Below are positions 53,589-64,000 of a stretch of DNA of 64,000 nucleotides, piece after piece (positions within the stretch are counted from its first letter, which is position 1; the number at the start of each line of letters is the position of its first letter). A program made the position numbers and the translations under genes. Source of the stretch: Octopus vulgaris (taxonomy: Eukaryota); NCBI GenBank assembly GCA_951406725.2, contig OX597826.1, positions 65,348,001 through 65,412,000 of the forward strand, read 5' to 3'. The notes below the pieces were generated by a model. That model did no database searches and was not told the DNA's origin. It saw nothing but the letters and a program-made list of their open reading frames with translations.

Positions 53589-54761
53589 GTAAAGTTAAGG
53601 CAGTACACCAGCTATATAATCTATGAGTAGATAAAGATATTATGGTTTTATCTAAAGAAAAAGAATTGCAACTAAGAGTATAATGGGCAAGTTTAGTAAT
53701 GAATAAACTTATTTAAAGTTGGATTAGATCAAATTGTTTAATTTTATTTATTGTAATAATTTTAATCAATCTACTTAGTTTACATTATTCAACATCATTC
53801 AAGTATACACTATTAAGAAGAACAATACAGGGTACTAGTTGTTGAATCAGAGAAAATAATTTCAATAGTGAGTTATTTATATCAAAAAAGGAATTTTCAT
53901 TACTTCTACATTAACTCCCGGACAAGATAGGGTTATAATACAGATTTATAGTGTAGGAAATTTCTATGGATTTAGATATTTTCTTCTTTATTTTTCAAAT
54001 TTACGTTTAAGGTTGAATCAGTTTAGCATGTGAAGCTAATGATGGTGAATGGTTAATGGCTCTATATGAACCACACTGTCCCTAAATGAATCAAATAGCA
54101 TGTTTAAGAATCCTTCATTTGAAAATTTATATCTTACTATAATCCCATCAGTGGTATATTGCCTGATAAATCTCTACATTTAAATTCAACATTTAAATTT
54201 CATTTGTGTCAAAATATTTTTGTTGCCTAGAAACCATGACCTGTTCACTGATAAAACTTCACCAACTTTTGCCGTATGTACATATATAAATACATACTTT
54301 TGTTCTGAATTGCTGAGTTATGAGGACATAGATAAACCAACACTGATTGTCAAACAGTGAGAGGGAACAAACACAAACATACATGAATGTATGTATGTAT
54401 ATATGAGTGTACATATATACATACAAGTGTGTATGTGTGTGTATGTTCTTTCCATCCACCAAATTCACTCACAAGACTTTCATTGCCTGGAAGCTCTAAT
54501 AAAAGAAAACTTCCCCCCAAGGTGTTGTGCTTTGCAACTGTATGTAAAACTTCTTAGTCACAGAGCTGCATTTAGCATCTGAGCCTAAGTATGTTAGGTT
54601 GACATTAATATATCTTCACCACCTTATCCCATGTTTTCCTGGGTCTCGCTCTTTAAAATTTCCTGTTTCAATTTCCCCACCAAAACCCAAGAAAATGATG
54701 ATAAATGAGATTTAAGAACTTGATTAATTAATATCAAAATAAAGAAATTAGTAATACTGAC

Positions 54762-54806
54762 CTAATAATTTTTGTATCTTCTGAGGGCATGCAAAAACTA
54801 CACACA
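54762..54806 (-). CDS. 45-nt symmetric phase-1 exon (VCVVFACPQKIQKLL), possibly the end of a transmembrane segment
   Basis: Acceptor ttttgttttgtctttag|, donor TAG|gtcagt, open frame. Confidence 0.5.
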
Positions 54807-55692
54807 CTAAAGACAAAACAAAAAATTTTACAGATATATATGTATGTAATTGTGCATACATGTGTGTATGTGTGTGTGTGTGTGTGTGGTAGGGGTGCAT
54901 TTCAATAGTCATGGAAGAGAAAGTGGGTGTCAGATTAGAAGATTTAGTGTATCTAGCACAACATTTTGCCACCTGAACTTCACATCTCTCATCACTACAT
55001 TGGTTTCTTAAGTTTATGTTGTACAAAAGCAACCATGTCTCTAACCAAAAGACCTTACAGTATTCAGTTTAAAACTTCTACATTTTGAGTTCATTTCTAT
55101 TGTAGCCACCATTGTGTTTTATCACTCAAGGTTCAACAGTAAAAGTACCAGTATATAGTGAAAAGAAACTGTTCTTCCCAATGATATACACAGCTTTCTA
55201 AGTAAATATTTAGTTTATAATCAAGGATGAATACGAAATGATGTGATCATAATTAGATTACATTTAGAGATGTATGTATGGGTGTATACACACTCAGACT
55301 CATTTGTATTTGTTGTGTGTGTGCTTCCATGTATTTCTGTCTTGAACATTACCTGATGGCCGTTAATGAACATCACCATTTTGCAAACATTGTTGTTCAC
55401 TCCCAATCTTCTTTGTAAAAAAATGTCTGGCCATGGGGAAGCATTATATTACTGGGAAATAAGTGTTAGTGACATGACAGAAAATTTACCGCAGCAAACT
55501 CTATCTGACCTCATGCAAGCAAGGAAAAGTGGACAATAAATCAAATATACATGTGTGTGTGTGTGTGTATGTGTGTGTGTGTGTATCATCAGTAAATCAT
55601 AAATCAAAAAAGCACACTCTAAGTTATACAGCAGTAGAGAATATAGATAAAAAAAGATATGGCTGGTTCATGGGGTTGCCCTGGGTTTCACG

Positions 55693-55738
<46 letters not shown>

Positions 55739-56155
55739 TTGAGATAGGGGTTGTAAATGCAACCCTCTATGGGATAACATATATCCAATATACTGCTAGT
55801 GAAGTACCCAACAAAGTTAATACATAAATGTTAAGGATTGCGATGCAATCAATTCATTTACTGTATTATATGGGCAAAGGTAAAATGATTTACCACAAAT
55901 TACTAATACAAGATAAGAAAATGGAGAAATACATCTAAATCAAATATCAATTACCAGATAATACTCAATCACATACTATATTAAACCACCACATAAGAGA
56001 CTGTAGGGTTAAACATAAAAAAGCAGAACAAATCAGTGTACATAAAGGAATGTACATAAAAAAGTGTACATAAAAGAGTAATGTTGTATAATAAGTAGAA
56101 TATATATAAAAAAAAAGTATATAAATATAAGTAAATATAAATATAAGTATAGATT

Positions 56156-56286
56156 ACATCTTACAGCTGTTTCGGCCATGTAGATAAGTATGTTTCATTT
56201 TACCAATATTAGCCTTTTATGGTAGGTCAATATATAGATATAAATGAGACATTTACAAAAATATCATAAGGCCTCTTCGGAGATAT
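56156..56286 (-). ncRNA. Minimal type-I hammerhead-like motif (Penelope type), core variant CCGAAGA
   Basis: Minus strand: atatct-CCGAAGA-ggcc-[~90-nt loop]-ggcc-GAAA-cagctg-TA-agatgt. Stems I and II pair, and stem III is a palindrome. Confidence 0.65.
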
Positions 56287-56911
56287 ACATATACATATGA
56301 GTGCATATACTCACACTCCTATACATATAAAAATATACATATACATAATGATGTAAATAAATAATATAAATTAGTAAACATATATAAGTTCCACATTCAA
56401 TGTTTCAGTTTTTCAACTTAATATTGTGATAATAAACATACACATATTAGTACCTAGATGCAAATATACATGGTCAATAGTACATTATATTACTTCCTAC
56501 TAATTTCCAAAGTGTCATTAAAGTTAGCATCATTATCGTTGTCAATACCATTAATGCTATCATTATTATCATTCATAATATTATTAATAACGCTTACATT
56601 AGGATCCAAAGTGGCACATATGTATGTCCGGGTTCCAGTTAGTAATTTTCCTTATGACATAAATACACTATTGGATTTGAATTTAAATTATCATTGTCTT
56701 CCTCACGGTATATGGTCATCTGAGTGAAACTACTCGAATACCAGCTACATGATTATGAGTTCAGACATAACTACTAGAGCTGTTATGTTGTGTCCTAAAC
56801 AGACCAAACTGTTGGTCATAATTTATCTGGCTACCAAAACAATTCCACACATCTTCCATGACTGGATGGTTAATAGTAGGAAGAATATCTCAAGTGTGCA
56901 AAGAATTAAAT

Positions 56912-57204
56912 CAGTGGTTCCCAAAGTGGGTGGTACCACCCCACTGGGTGCAGTGGTAAGATCCAAAGGGCATTGAAGAAAAATGGGGTGATAATAGGGT
57001 AACCAAAACGGAGCAATGAATGTAAAAACAAACAATGAAAATAAAGGATTAATAAGGTTAAGATTTGTTTGTGAAATATTGTTGCTTTGAATCTGCTGCA
57101 GAAAATGGTCTATGTGTGTGATGGTGAGTAGGCAGTGGGGAGGCACTAGGAATGTGGTCTTAGAACAAAGTGGGCCACAGCCTGAAAAGGTTTGGGAAAC
57201 ACTG
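56912..57204. mobile_element. hAT-type MITE
   Basis: TIRs cagtggttcccaaa / tttgggaaacactg with a perfect 8-bp TSD AATTAAAT on both sides. Confidence 0.88.
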
Positions 57205-57962
57205 AATTAAATAGAACTTCTAATGATGAACAAAATGTACAAACTTTCATAGAGCATTCTAAATGGATGTTAAACATTATGAATATTCCAAAGGTTTTCT
57301 CTTTATCTTCTATCTACCCACTTTTACATTCATTCTTTACATTCATTTTACATTCATTATATGAAAATGTACATACAATTTACATTCATTATATGAAAAT
57401 GTGACATCTCCAGTCATTTGTAGTTCAATAAGAATTAAAAAAATAAATAAATAAAATTAATCAATAGCCTCAAAATGTGCAAAGCAATTACAACAATTTG
57501 CTAAAAATCAGCACTCTGTGATTATAGACGACATAAAAAAAAAGGCAAAATTCAAATTGGACATCAGTTCAATGTTTCAGTAAACCTTGAGGTTGGAATT
57601 ACAGATGTAAAAACTATGAAAATAAATTAAGCTAAGTGATGAGAGGTTGAGAAAATTCTACGGTGTGACACTGGATTTATAAGATTTTTATGGTTATTAT
57701 TAGTATAAAAAAAAAATGCACAAACCTGCAATAATAATAATAAGAAGAGCAACACTAAAGAGGATACCAAAAATAATTGCAAGATTTGGACTTTCAGGAT
57801 CTGAAATTAAAAGGAAGCAATAGATTAATGTTCTGAAAACTGTGCATGAATACTACATATAAATACAAAATATTAATACCAGTTGTTGAAATTAATGCAA
57901 GCAAGATTTCACAGAACTAGAATCCCTCCTTCATAGTCAGCCTATGAACTGATCATCCCAAC

Positions 57963-58000
<38 letters not shown>

Positions 58001-58004
58001 ATCA

Positions 58005-58141
58005 TCAGCATCATTGTTTAACGTCCACTTTCTATAGTGACATGGGTTGGACAGTTTGACTGAGAACTGGCAAGCCAGGAGGCTGCACCAGGCTCCAATC
58101 TGATTTGGTAAGGTTTCTACAGCAGAATGCCCTTCCTAATG
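58005..58141 (-). mobile_element. RTE-like 3' UTR fragment abutting the Penelope element
   Basis: Reverse complement of 2310-2443 and 41520-41620. Confidence 0.7.
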
Positions 58142-59831
58142 CCTGATGAAGGCTGGAGAGTAGATCAGCTGAAACGTTGTGGTAACAACAAACAAGATGA
58201 GGACACATATCCATCCAATGTAAATAATGTACAGAATTTCTCAACCCTAAAATATAGAACAGTATTATCTAATCGGTATGGAGCCAACATTAGACTTCAA
58301 TGGAAACACACAAAGAAAATCCATCAGAAATTAGCTCGTCTTTCAAACCATCTAACTTTCCTGTCTAGATGTAGAGATTCAAAGCTCAAACCCCTGGCTT
58401 ATATGTGATGACACCAGTGGGTTCAAATAAAGCTCAAAGAGTAGTCGAAAGGGCAGGGCACATCCTCATCTGTGAGAGGATCCATTATAACCGTTGGAAA
58501 AAACATCAACTAAATAACGAAATCAGATACAGTTTATCTTCATTGCTTGGGAAAATAACCAGAGATAATGATAGAAAGAGAATCCAACAAGATCTAGAAA
58601 AGTTGTACAAGAAAGAATTTGAGAATGTAAAGACACGCCAGATTAAGAAGTTTATAAAACTCAAAGGTCAGAGAATGACGACTGAATTCCATTACCCACC
58701 TGTAAAAGCAGCAATTAACGTAAGTAGCCAACATTTGGAAAACTCTGAAGAAGCAGTAGTAAACAAAGGTCTCAACTTTGTGTCAACCATCAAGTGCATT
58801 CCATACTTGGACATCATAGTCCCTATTGAGGAGATAGTCATAAAGATACCAAAGGCTCAAGGAGATGAACTAAGGTGGTAAGTGAGACAGGGACTAGAGA
58901 AAGCAAAACTTCCCAAACCAAACATCACTGAGGAAGAAAAGTTCACTATCAAAACACTACAGAGTGACAATTCCATCATAATACTTCCAGCAGACAAGGG
59001 CAATGCTTTTGTGGTAATGAACAAGTCTGACTACTCTGAAAAATTGGCATATCTCATAAGTGATGGTAGCAACAGTAAAGAAAAGAAAGACCCAACTCTG
59101 AAAACAGAGAGGAAATTGTCACAGACCTTAATCAAGAACAAGGATCACTTTACACCAATGAAGTACGGACAACTGATCCAAAACTACAGTAAGCCACCAC
59201 ACATGTACAGTCTCCCTAAGATTCACAAGGATGGTATTCCATTAAGACCCTTAGTGAGTGGTAGAGGTTTGGCATGTTATCCACTGAACCACTTCCTTGT
59301 GAATATAATCATTCCAGTAGCAGGTAAGTCAACATCATATGTGAAGAATTCCACCCAGTTCACAGAATTAATCAAGGATACCCCCATTGGATTCAACCAG
59401 ATGATAAGTTCAGATGTGATAAATCTGTTCACTTTTGTCCCAACTGATGAAGCACTATCAGTGATTCAAGAAAAATAAGTGATGGACACCTATCTAAAAG
59501 ATCACAGTAGTATACCAATAGAAAACGATGAAAATGTTGACCTTCTGTGTAGAAACTACCTACTTCAGAGTAGATACTGATATATATCAACAGGATGAGG
59601 GTTTAGCTATGGGTTCACCATTATCACCAATAGTAGCCAATATATACATGGAATACTTTGAGAATATGGCTTTAGGATGAACACCACTAAAACCAACCCT
59701 ATGGCTTCAATACATTGATGATACCTTTATACTCTGGCCCCACCAGGAAGATGTTCAAGTACTGCTAGATCATATCCATTGAGTTCACAATGGAAAAGGA
59801 AAAAGACAATCAGCTAGCATTCCTGGATGTA
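58142..59831 (+). mobile_element. Penelope-like element, 5' part (partial pLTR, N-terminus, RT), decayed
   Basis: Peptides ILPADKGNAFVVM, YSLPKIHKDGIPLRPLVS, GLAMGSPLSPIVANIYM, WLQYIDD and FTMEKEKDNQLAFLDV. 58142-58235 is repeated at 63791-63885. Confidence 0.9.
58143..58180 (+). ncRNA. Minimal hammerhead core in the Penelope terminal repeat (degenerate copy 63792-63830)
   Basis: CTGATGA-a-ggctg-[loop]-cagct-GAAA-cg-TT. Stem I is lost in this copy, and GAAA is mutated in the 3' copy. Confidence 0.6.
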
Positions 59832-60015
59832 CACCACAACGCAACCATGAGTTGTTACCTTCAAAATACGACATACTTTGGTATGTGTATTTCAGCATCT
59901 GTTAAGTCAGCTGGAACACTAGTGTGATGCATGGGGTATCAGAAGAGGCCACTGGTCTGACATATCTATAAACACTCACACACACACACATACACACACA
60001 CTTATATTTGTATGT

Positions 60016-60065
<50 letters not shown>

Positions 60066-61369
60066 CCTTGTCTTCACATCACTTGATGGTTGCAAACAAG
60101 CATCACCATCACACAAGCAAAAGTAGTCTTCTGTAAAAAAAAAAAACATCTGACCATGGGAAAATGTTAAGGCACCAGCACCTGAGAGATCTATTTTGGT
60201 ATAGATTTTATGGCTGGAAGCCCTTCCTAATGCCAACCACTTTACAAAGAGAGCTGGATACTTTTCACATGGTACCAGCACTAGCAAATCCTGCTTTGGC
60301 ATGGCTTTTCATAGTTGGATGCCCTTCAAAATGCCAACCTCTTTACAGTGTGGGCTGTATGCTTTTTACATGGCACAAGCACCAGTGAGATCTCCAAGTA
60401 ACTTGCAAGACAAATATCTTTTGAGAGGGGAATACTGGATGTGGTGGCTTTGTGCCAGATAATGAGAGATGAGAGTACGACAGAGGGAAAGAAACTATGG
60501 CTACTATAGTTGGGGGGAGAGAGCAAGAGAGAGAGAGAGAGAGAGAGAGAATTATCAAGAATGAGAGAGAGTGAGAGTGGAAGAGAATAAGAGTGAGAGA
60601 GATGGTGGTGATGTGTCAGGGCATACTCCTAAGCTATGGGAATGAGAATATAAATTAGATGGTAGAGCATTATTAATGGTACAAGTGGTGAGTAGGGGAT
60701 CATGTGAATGCAAAGAAAGGGGAAGGTGGAGAATACATAGAGGTGTGGAGGGACAACAGAATAGCAATGATACAGTGGACAGAGACAGAGCAGTGAGGAC
60801 ATGATTGGACTCTAGGAGTGAGGATGGAGAAATAAGTACTATGCATGAGAAAAGAAGAAATGTGAGGAAGAGAAGGGGAGATGTAGTTTGGTTTACTGGA
60901 GTAGGATGTGTGAAAAATGTTAATGTTTCATCTAAGTGAAACATGCAATGCTTCCGGAACTCAGTTTCACTCAAGTGAGCTAGTCTTCTCAAGAACCTCA
61001 TATCATTAGACATCTTGGTTCATTGTCATCTACTCGGTGAGGCCCTCAGAGAATGATTTCCAGCAGCTAAGTCCAAAATATAGAGCAAGCTCATACAACA
61101 CTGTCATACTCTCAGTGTGCATACACAAACATATTATATTAGCCTCTATAGTGTTTCTCCACCTGCAAGATGTAGCAGCCAAATGTGCTTCTGATTATAC
61201 CATTGCCTGAGATATATAGTGTGTAAATAAAAGACAAGGTAGGCTTGGCAGGAATATCTTTGATCATAAATCTACAGAAATAGAGGCTGAAGCTGGTATT
61301 AAAAAAATAAAAATAACAACAGTTAAGAGAACAAAAATCACATAAATCCAATTAAACATCCACTCTCGC

Positions 61370-61453
61370 CTCCTCCATTACTTGTAGCACTTGGTGTTCT
61401 GCTTCTTCGAGCTTCAAAGGAAAATACAAGACCTGAAGAAGATGGCGTATTAC
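61370..61453 (-). CDS. 84-nt phase-1 exon paralog GNTPSSSGLVFSFEARRSRTPSATSNGG (GC donor; may be a pseudo-exon)
   Basis: Acceptor ttttctaag|. Frame conserved with the 36.6k and 48.1k paralogs. Donor GAG|gcgaga. Confidence 0.4.
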
Positions 61454-61864
61454 CTTAGAAAAAATATAAAACAATATTACAATAAACAATAAAATATATA
61501 GAATAATATAGAATACAACGTGGGTGTTATTTTACTTTATATTTACCAACCACTTAGTTTTGGGGTTCAATCCCACTGTATGCCACCATGAGCAAGTGTC
61601 TTCTAGTTTAGCCATGGGCTATTGAAAGACTTGTGAGTGGATCTGGTAGATGTAAACCAAAAAAAGGCTATCATATATGTATGCATGTGTGTGTGTATAC
61701 ATATATATGTGTGTGTTTTGTGCAAATTATTTTGTATTTTCTTTGTTATTTGTTTTTTTGCTCACTCCTTTGTGAACAATAGCTTTGCTAACTCAATAAT
61801 AAATTGCTATAGTATCATATTACTCAAACAAGTAGAAAATTTGGGTGGGTATTGGGAAACCTCC

Positions 61865-62215
61865 CTAATGGCTTTTGAGGCACACCATCATGCTTGCAGC
61901 ATTGCTGCAGGTTAGAGCAAGGCTGATGCACTGGGACAACCTGGCACCCTCACAAGCTTCACCAGTCGCCTCTGCTAGGCAAACTGCCAGTGAAGACAGG
62001 TATCTGGAAGTCGCTGGTCCGACCCCACCAAACATCTCAAACACCACAGAATGGAAAATGTAGTTGGCCAACAGATTGTGGTATTTCAGATGTGATGGGA
62101 AAAGACCTAACAGCCTCTCCTTGTGTCCCTGGTCGAAAGGCAGATGCCTTGTCTGGGATGTCACAGTTAGTAATTCCTTTGCTTCTTCTCACGTTCTGGA
62201 TGTTACAGTCAGGGC
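61865..62215. mobile_element. CRE-like non-LTR REL-endonuclease relic in two opposite orientations
   Basis: Plus strand: DGKRPNSLSLCPWSKGRCLVWDVT. Minus strand: VVFEMFGGVGPATSRYL..RLSQCISLALTCSNAASM. Confidence 0.6.
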
Positions 62216-62237
62216 AAGATCCACAGAATTGATAGAC

Positions 62238-62679
62238 AAGACTATTTAAGAATTTTATCTAATCAATTTCATCCTATGGTTGCAGAACTGTTTCCAGAGG
62301 GAAACGCAATCTTTCAGGATAATAATGAACTAATTCACACAGCTTAAAGTTGTTACTGAATGGCACAAGGAACATTCTAGTGAAGTGGAACATTTTATCT
62401 GGCCACCACAGTCCCCAGATCTCAATATTATTGAACATTTATGGTGCTTTTTAGAAAAACAAGTAAGGAGAAGATATCCTCCATCGTCATCACTACAAGA
62501 ACTGGAGACTGTTTAAGCTGAAGAATGGACAAAAATTCCTTTGGAAACAATTCAAACTTTGTATGAGTCCATACCTTGTAGAATTCAAGCTATAATTATT
62601 GCCAAAGTTGGTCTTACTCCATATTAAAATAAATTTGTTTGAAATTTTAAGGTGTTTCCATTATTTTGTCCAACCCCTG
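62238..62679 (+). mobile_element. Tc1-like transposon, 3' half with right TIR
   Basis: Peptide IFQDNN..HTA..WPPQSPDLNIIEHLW. Ends ggtgtttccattattttgtccaacccctg followed by TA. Confidence 0.85.
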
Positions 62680-62837
62680 TATTTGTAAGCCATTCAAGAA
62701 CACTCAAAAACCATTAGTTTCACTTCAACATTTAAATTTCATTTGTGTCAAAATATATTTATTGCCTAGAAACCATGACCTGTTCACTGATAAAACTTCA
62801 CCAATTTTTGACGTATGTACATATATAAATATACATA

Positions 62838-63885
62838 TATTAACAACTTGCACTAAGCATGGGTTCAGGACAGCTGTATCAGACAAGCCAACCTTCACTT
62901 GACAATACCTTGACTTCAATTCTCACCATTCATACAGTGAAGAGAGGGATTGCTCAGTGCCTAAAACATCGAGCAAAGAATATAAGTAGCAATCCTGATA
63001 CACACCATGAATAAATGATCAAGCTAAGTAACAATCTATTTAGCAACAACTACCCAAAAAACATACTATCTACTCCAATTAGGAAGCAGAGAGAAGACGA
63101 AACCCATAAATTGACCAGTCTGTCTATCCTATGTGAAAGGCTACTTGGAAAAAGTACAAAAGATATGCAGTCCATATCATATCAGGACAGTATTCAAAAG
63201 GAATACTACTCCTTACAACTGCCACCTTCGAGTAAAACCACCAATAGAAGAGAATATGACCAAAGAATGCATGTGCTCCATCCCATGCAGTTGTGGGAGG
63301 TTATACAAAGGTGAAACATGCTACCTACTCAAAATAAGGGTAGAGAAACATCGTAAAGCTGTGACATGAGGAGATGTTGAAAAATTGGGTATAGCTGATC
63401 AGCTATGGAAAAACAGAGACCACCTAACCCTGTGGGATGTAGTTAAAATAATAGACAGAAAGCACCCCTGGAAAATACGAAAAGTAAAAGAGGCAGCACA
63501 TATGCTAGGACACAACAACCTCCTAAGCAGACCTAATGCAGATATGAGTAGAATATGGGAACTGGTATTAAGGAAGGATACAAAAATATTAGGTTTATAA
63601 TCCCTGAAATTCACTCTATAATTGCCTATGGATATATAGTGTAAGGGTTAAGAGCACGATCTACTAACCCTAAGATTCCGAGTTCAATTCCAGGCAGTAC
63701 TTTGAATAATAATAATAATGATAATAATAATGATGATGATGTCAGCAAAAAATGAGAACCCAGGGTTGGGTTCAAAATTGCATCAGGACAACTGATGAAG
63801 GCTGGAGAGAAAATCAGCCAAAATCTGTGGTAAGAACAAACAAGATAAGGGCACATATACGTCCAATGTAAATAATGTAAATAAT
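62838..63885 (+). mobile_element. Penelope-like element, 3' part (RT thumb, GIY-YIG endonuclease, terminal repeat)
   Basis: Peptides GFRTAVSDKPTFT*QYLDFNSHH, SIPCSCGRLYKGET..LKIRVEKH and KIID..WKIRKVKEAAHM. Terminal repeat matches 58142. Confidence 0.88.
63629..63700 (+). promoter_or_regulatory. tRNA-like Pol III promoter remnant (A box/B box) in the Penelope 3' terminal region
   Basis: tagtgtaaggg and gagttcaattcc (63680-63691) at tRNA-like spacing. Confidence 0.5.
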
Positions 63886-64000
63886 CACAATTTGTATATG
63901 ACGTCTTTCCATGTTAGGTACATTATTAAACATACATACATGTACACACACATATGCGTATGTAACAACTAACATGCGTGAATGTATGTCTCTGTGTGAC

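Larger units (their letters stand above)
29050..54176. repeat. Tandem segmental duplications (about three imperfect copies of an ~8-11.5-kb unit)
   Basis: 29.1-31.15k ~ 37.5-39.57k ~ 48.97-50.51k. Dong copies at 31.2k, 42.8k and 51.2k share flanks. 33.88-38.8k ~ 45.42-50.28k; 42.09-42.70k ~ 50.51-51.10k. Confidence 0.92.
59832..62837. repeat. 3.0-kb locally duplicated segment inserted in the Penelope ORF
   Basis: 59832-61685 ~ 35035-36950 and 46566-48390; 62724-62836 ~ 54186-54295. Confidence 0.85.

Overview
AT-rich, repeat-dense animal genomic DNA; the SINE and retroelement complement looks cephalopod (Octopus-like), which is recalled, not verified. The ORF track misses two host genes. (1) The last two coding exons of an ARMC3-like gene (EDR1/CTR1/ARMC3-type C-terminal domain) lie on + at 880-990 and 3275-3382. 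(2) An unidentified minus-strand gene appears to be built from short symmetric phase-1 exons (45, 84/42, 57, 141/99 and 66 nt). Its 66-nt exon occurs nine times, carried by a ~1.52-kb tandem array (14.5-29.3 kb). The rest is mobile DNA: four 5'-truncated copies of a (TAA)n-targeting R4/Dong non-LTR family, 3' fragments of three other R4/Dong subfamilies, a ~550-bp non-coding element also in TAA runs, a near full-length Penelope-like element split by a 3-kb insertion, hammerhead-like motifs, RTE/CRE/Tc1/mariner relics, a hAT MITE and tRNA-SINEs. Tandem segmental duplications of ~8-11.5 kb cover 29-54 kb. The most unusual signal is tandem repeats seeded from local sequence: 23-bp arrays copied from the Dong RT coding region at its 5' junction, and a 6-kb compound satellite with fold-back inversions (8.2-14.4 kb, next to an N gap) that matches templates 6-7 kb upstream. 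Coordinates were read by eye and may be off by a few bases.
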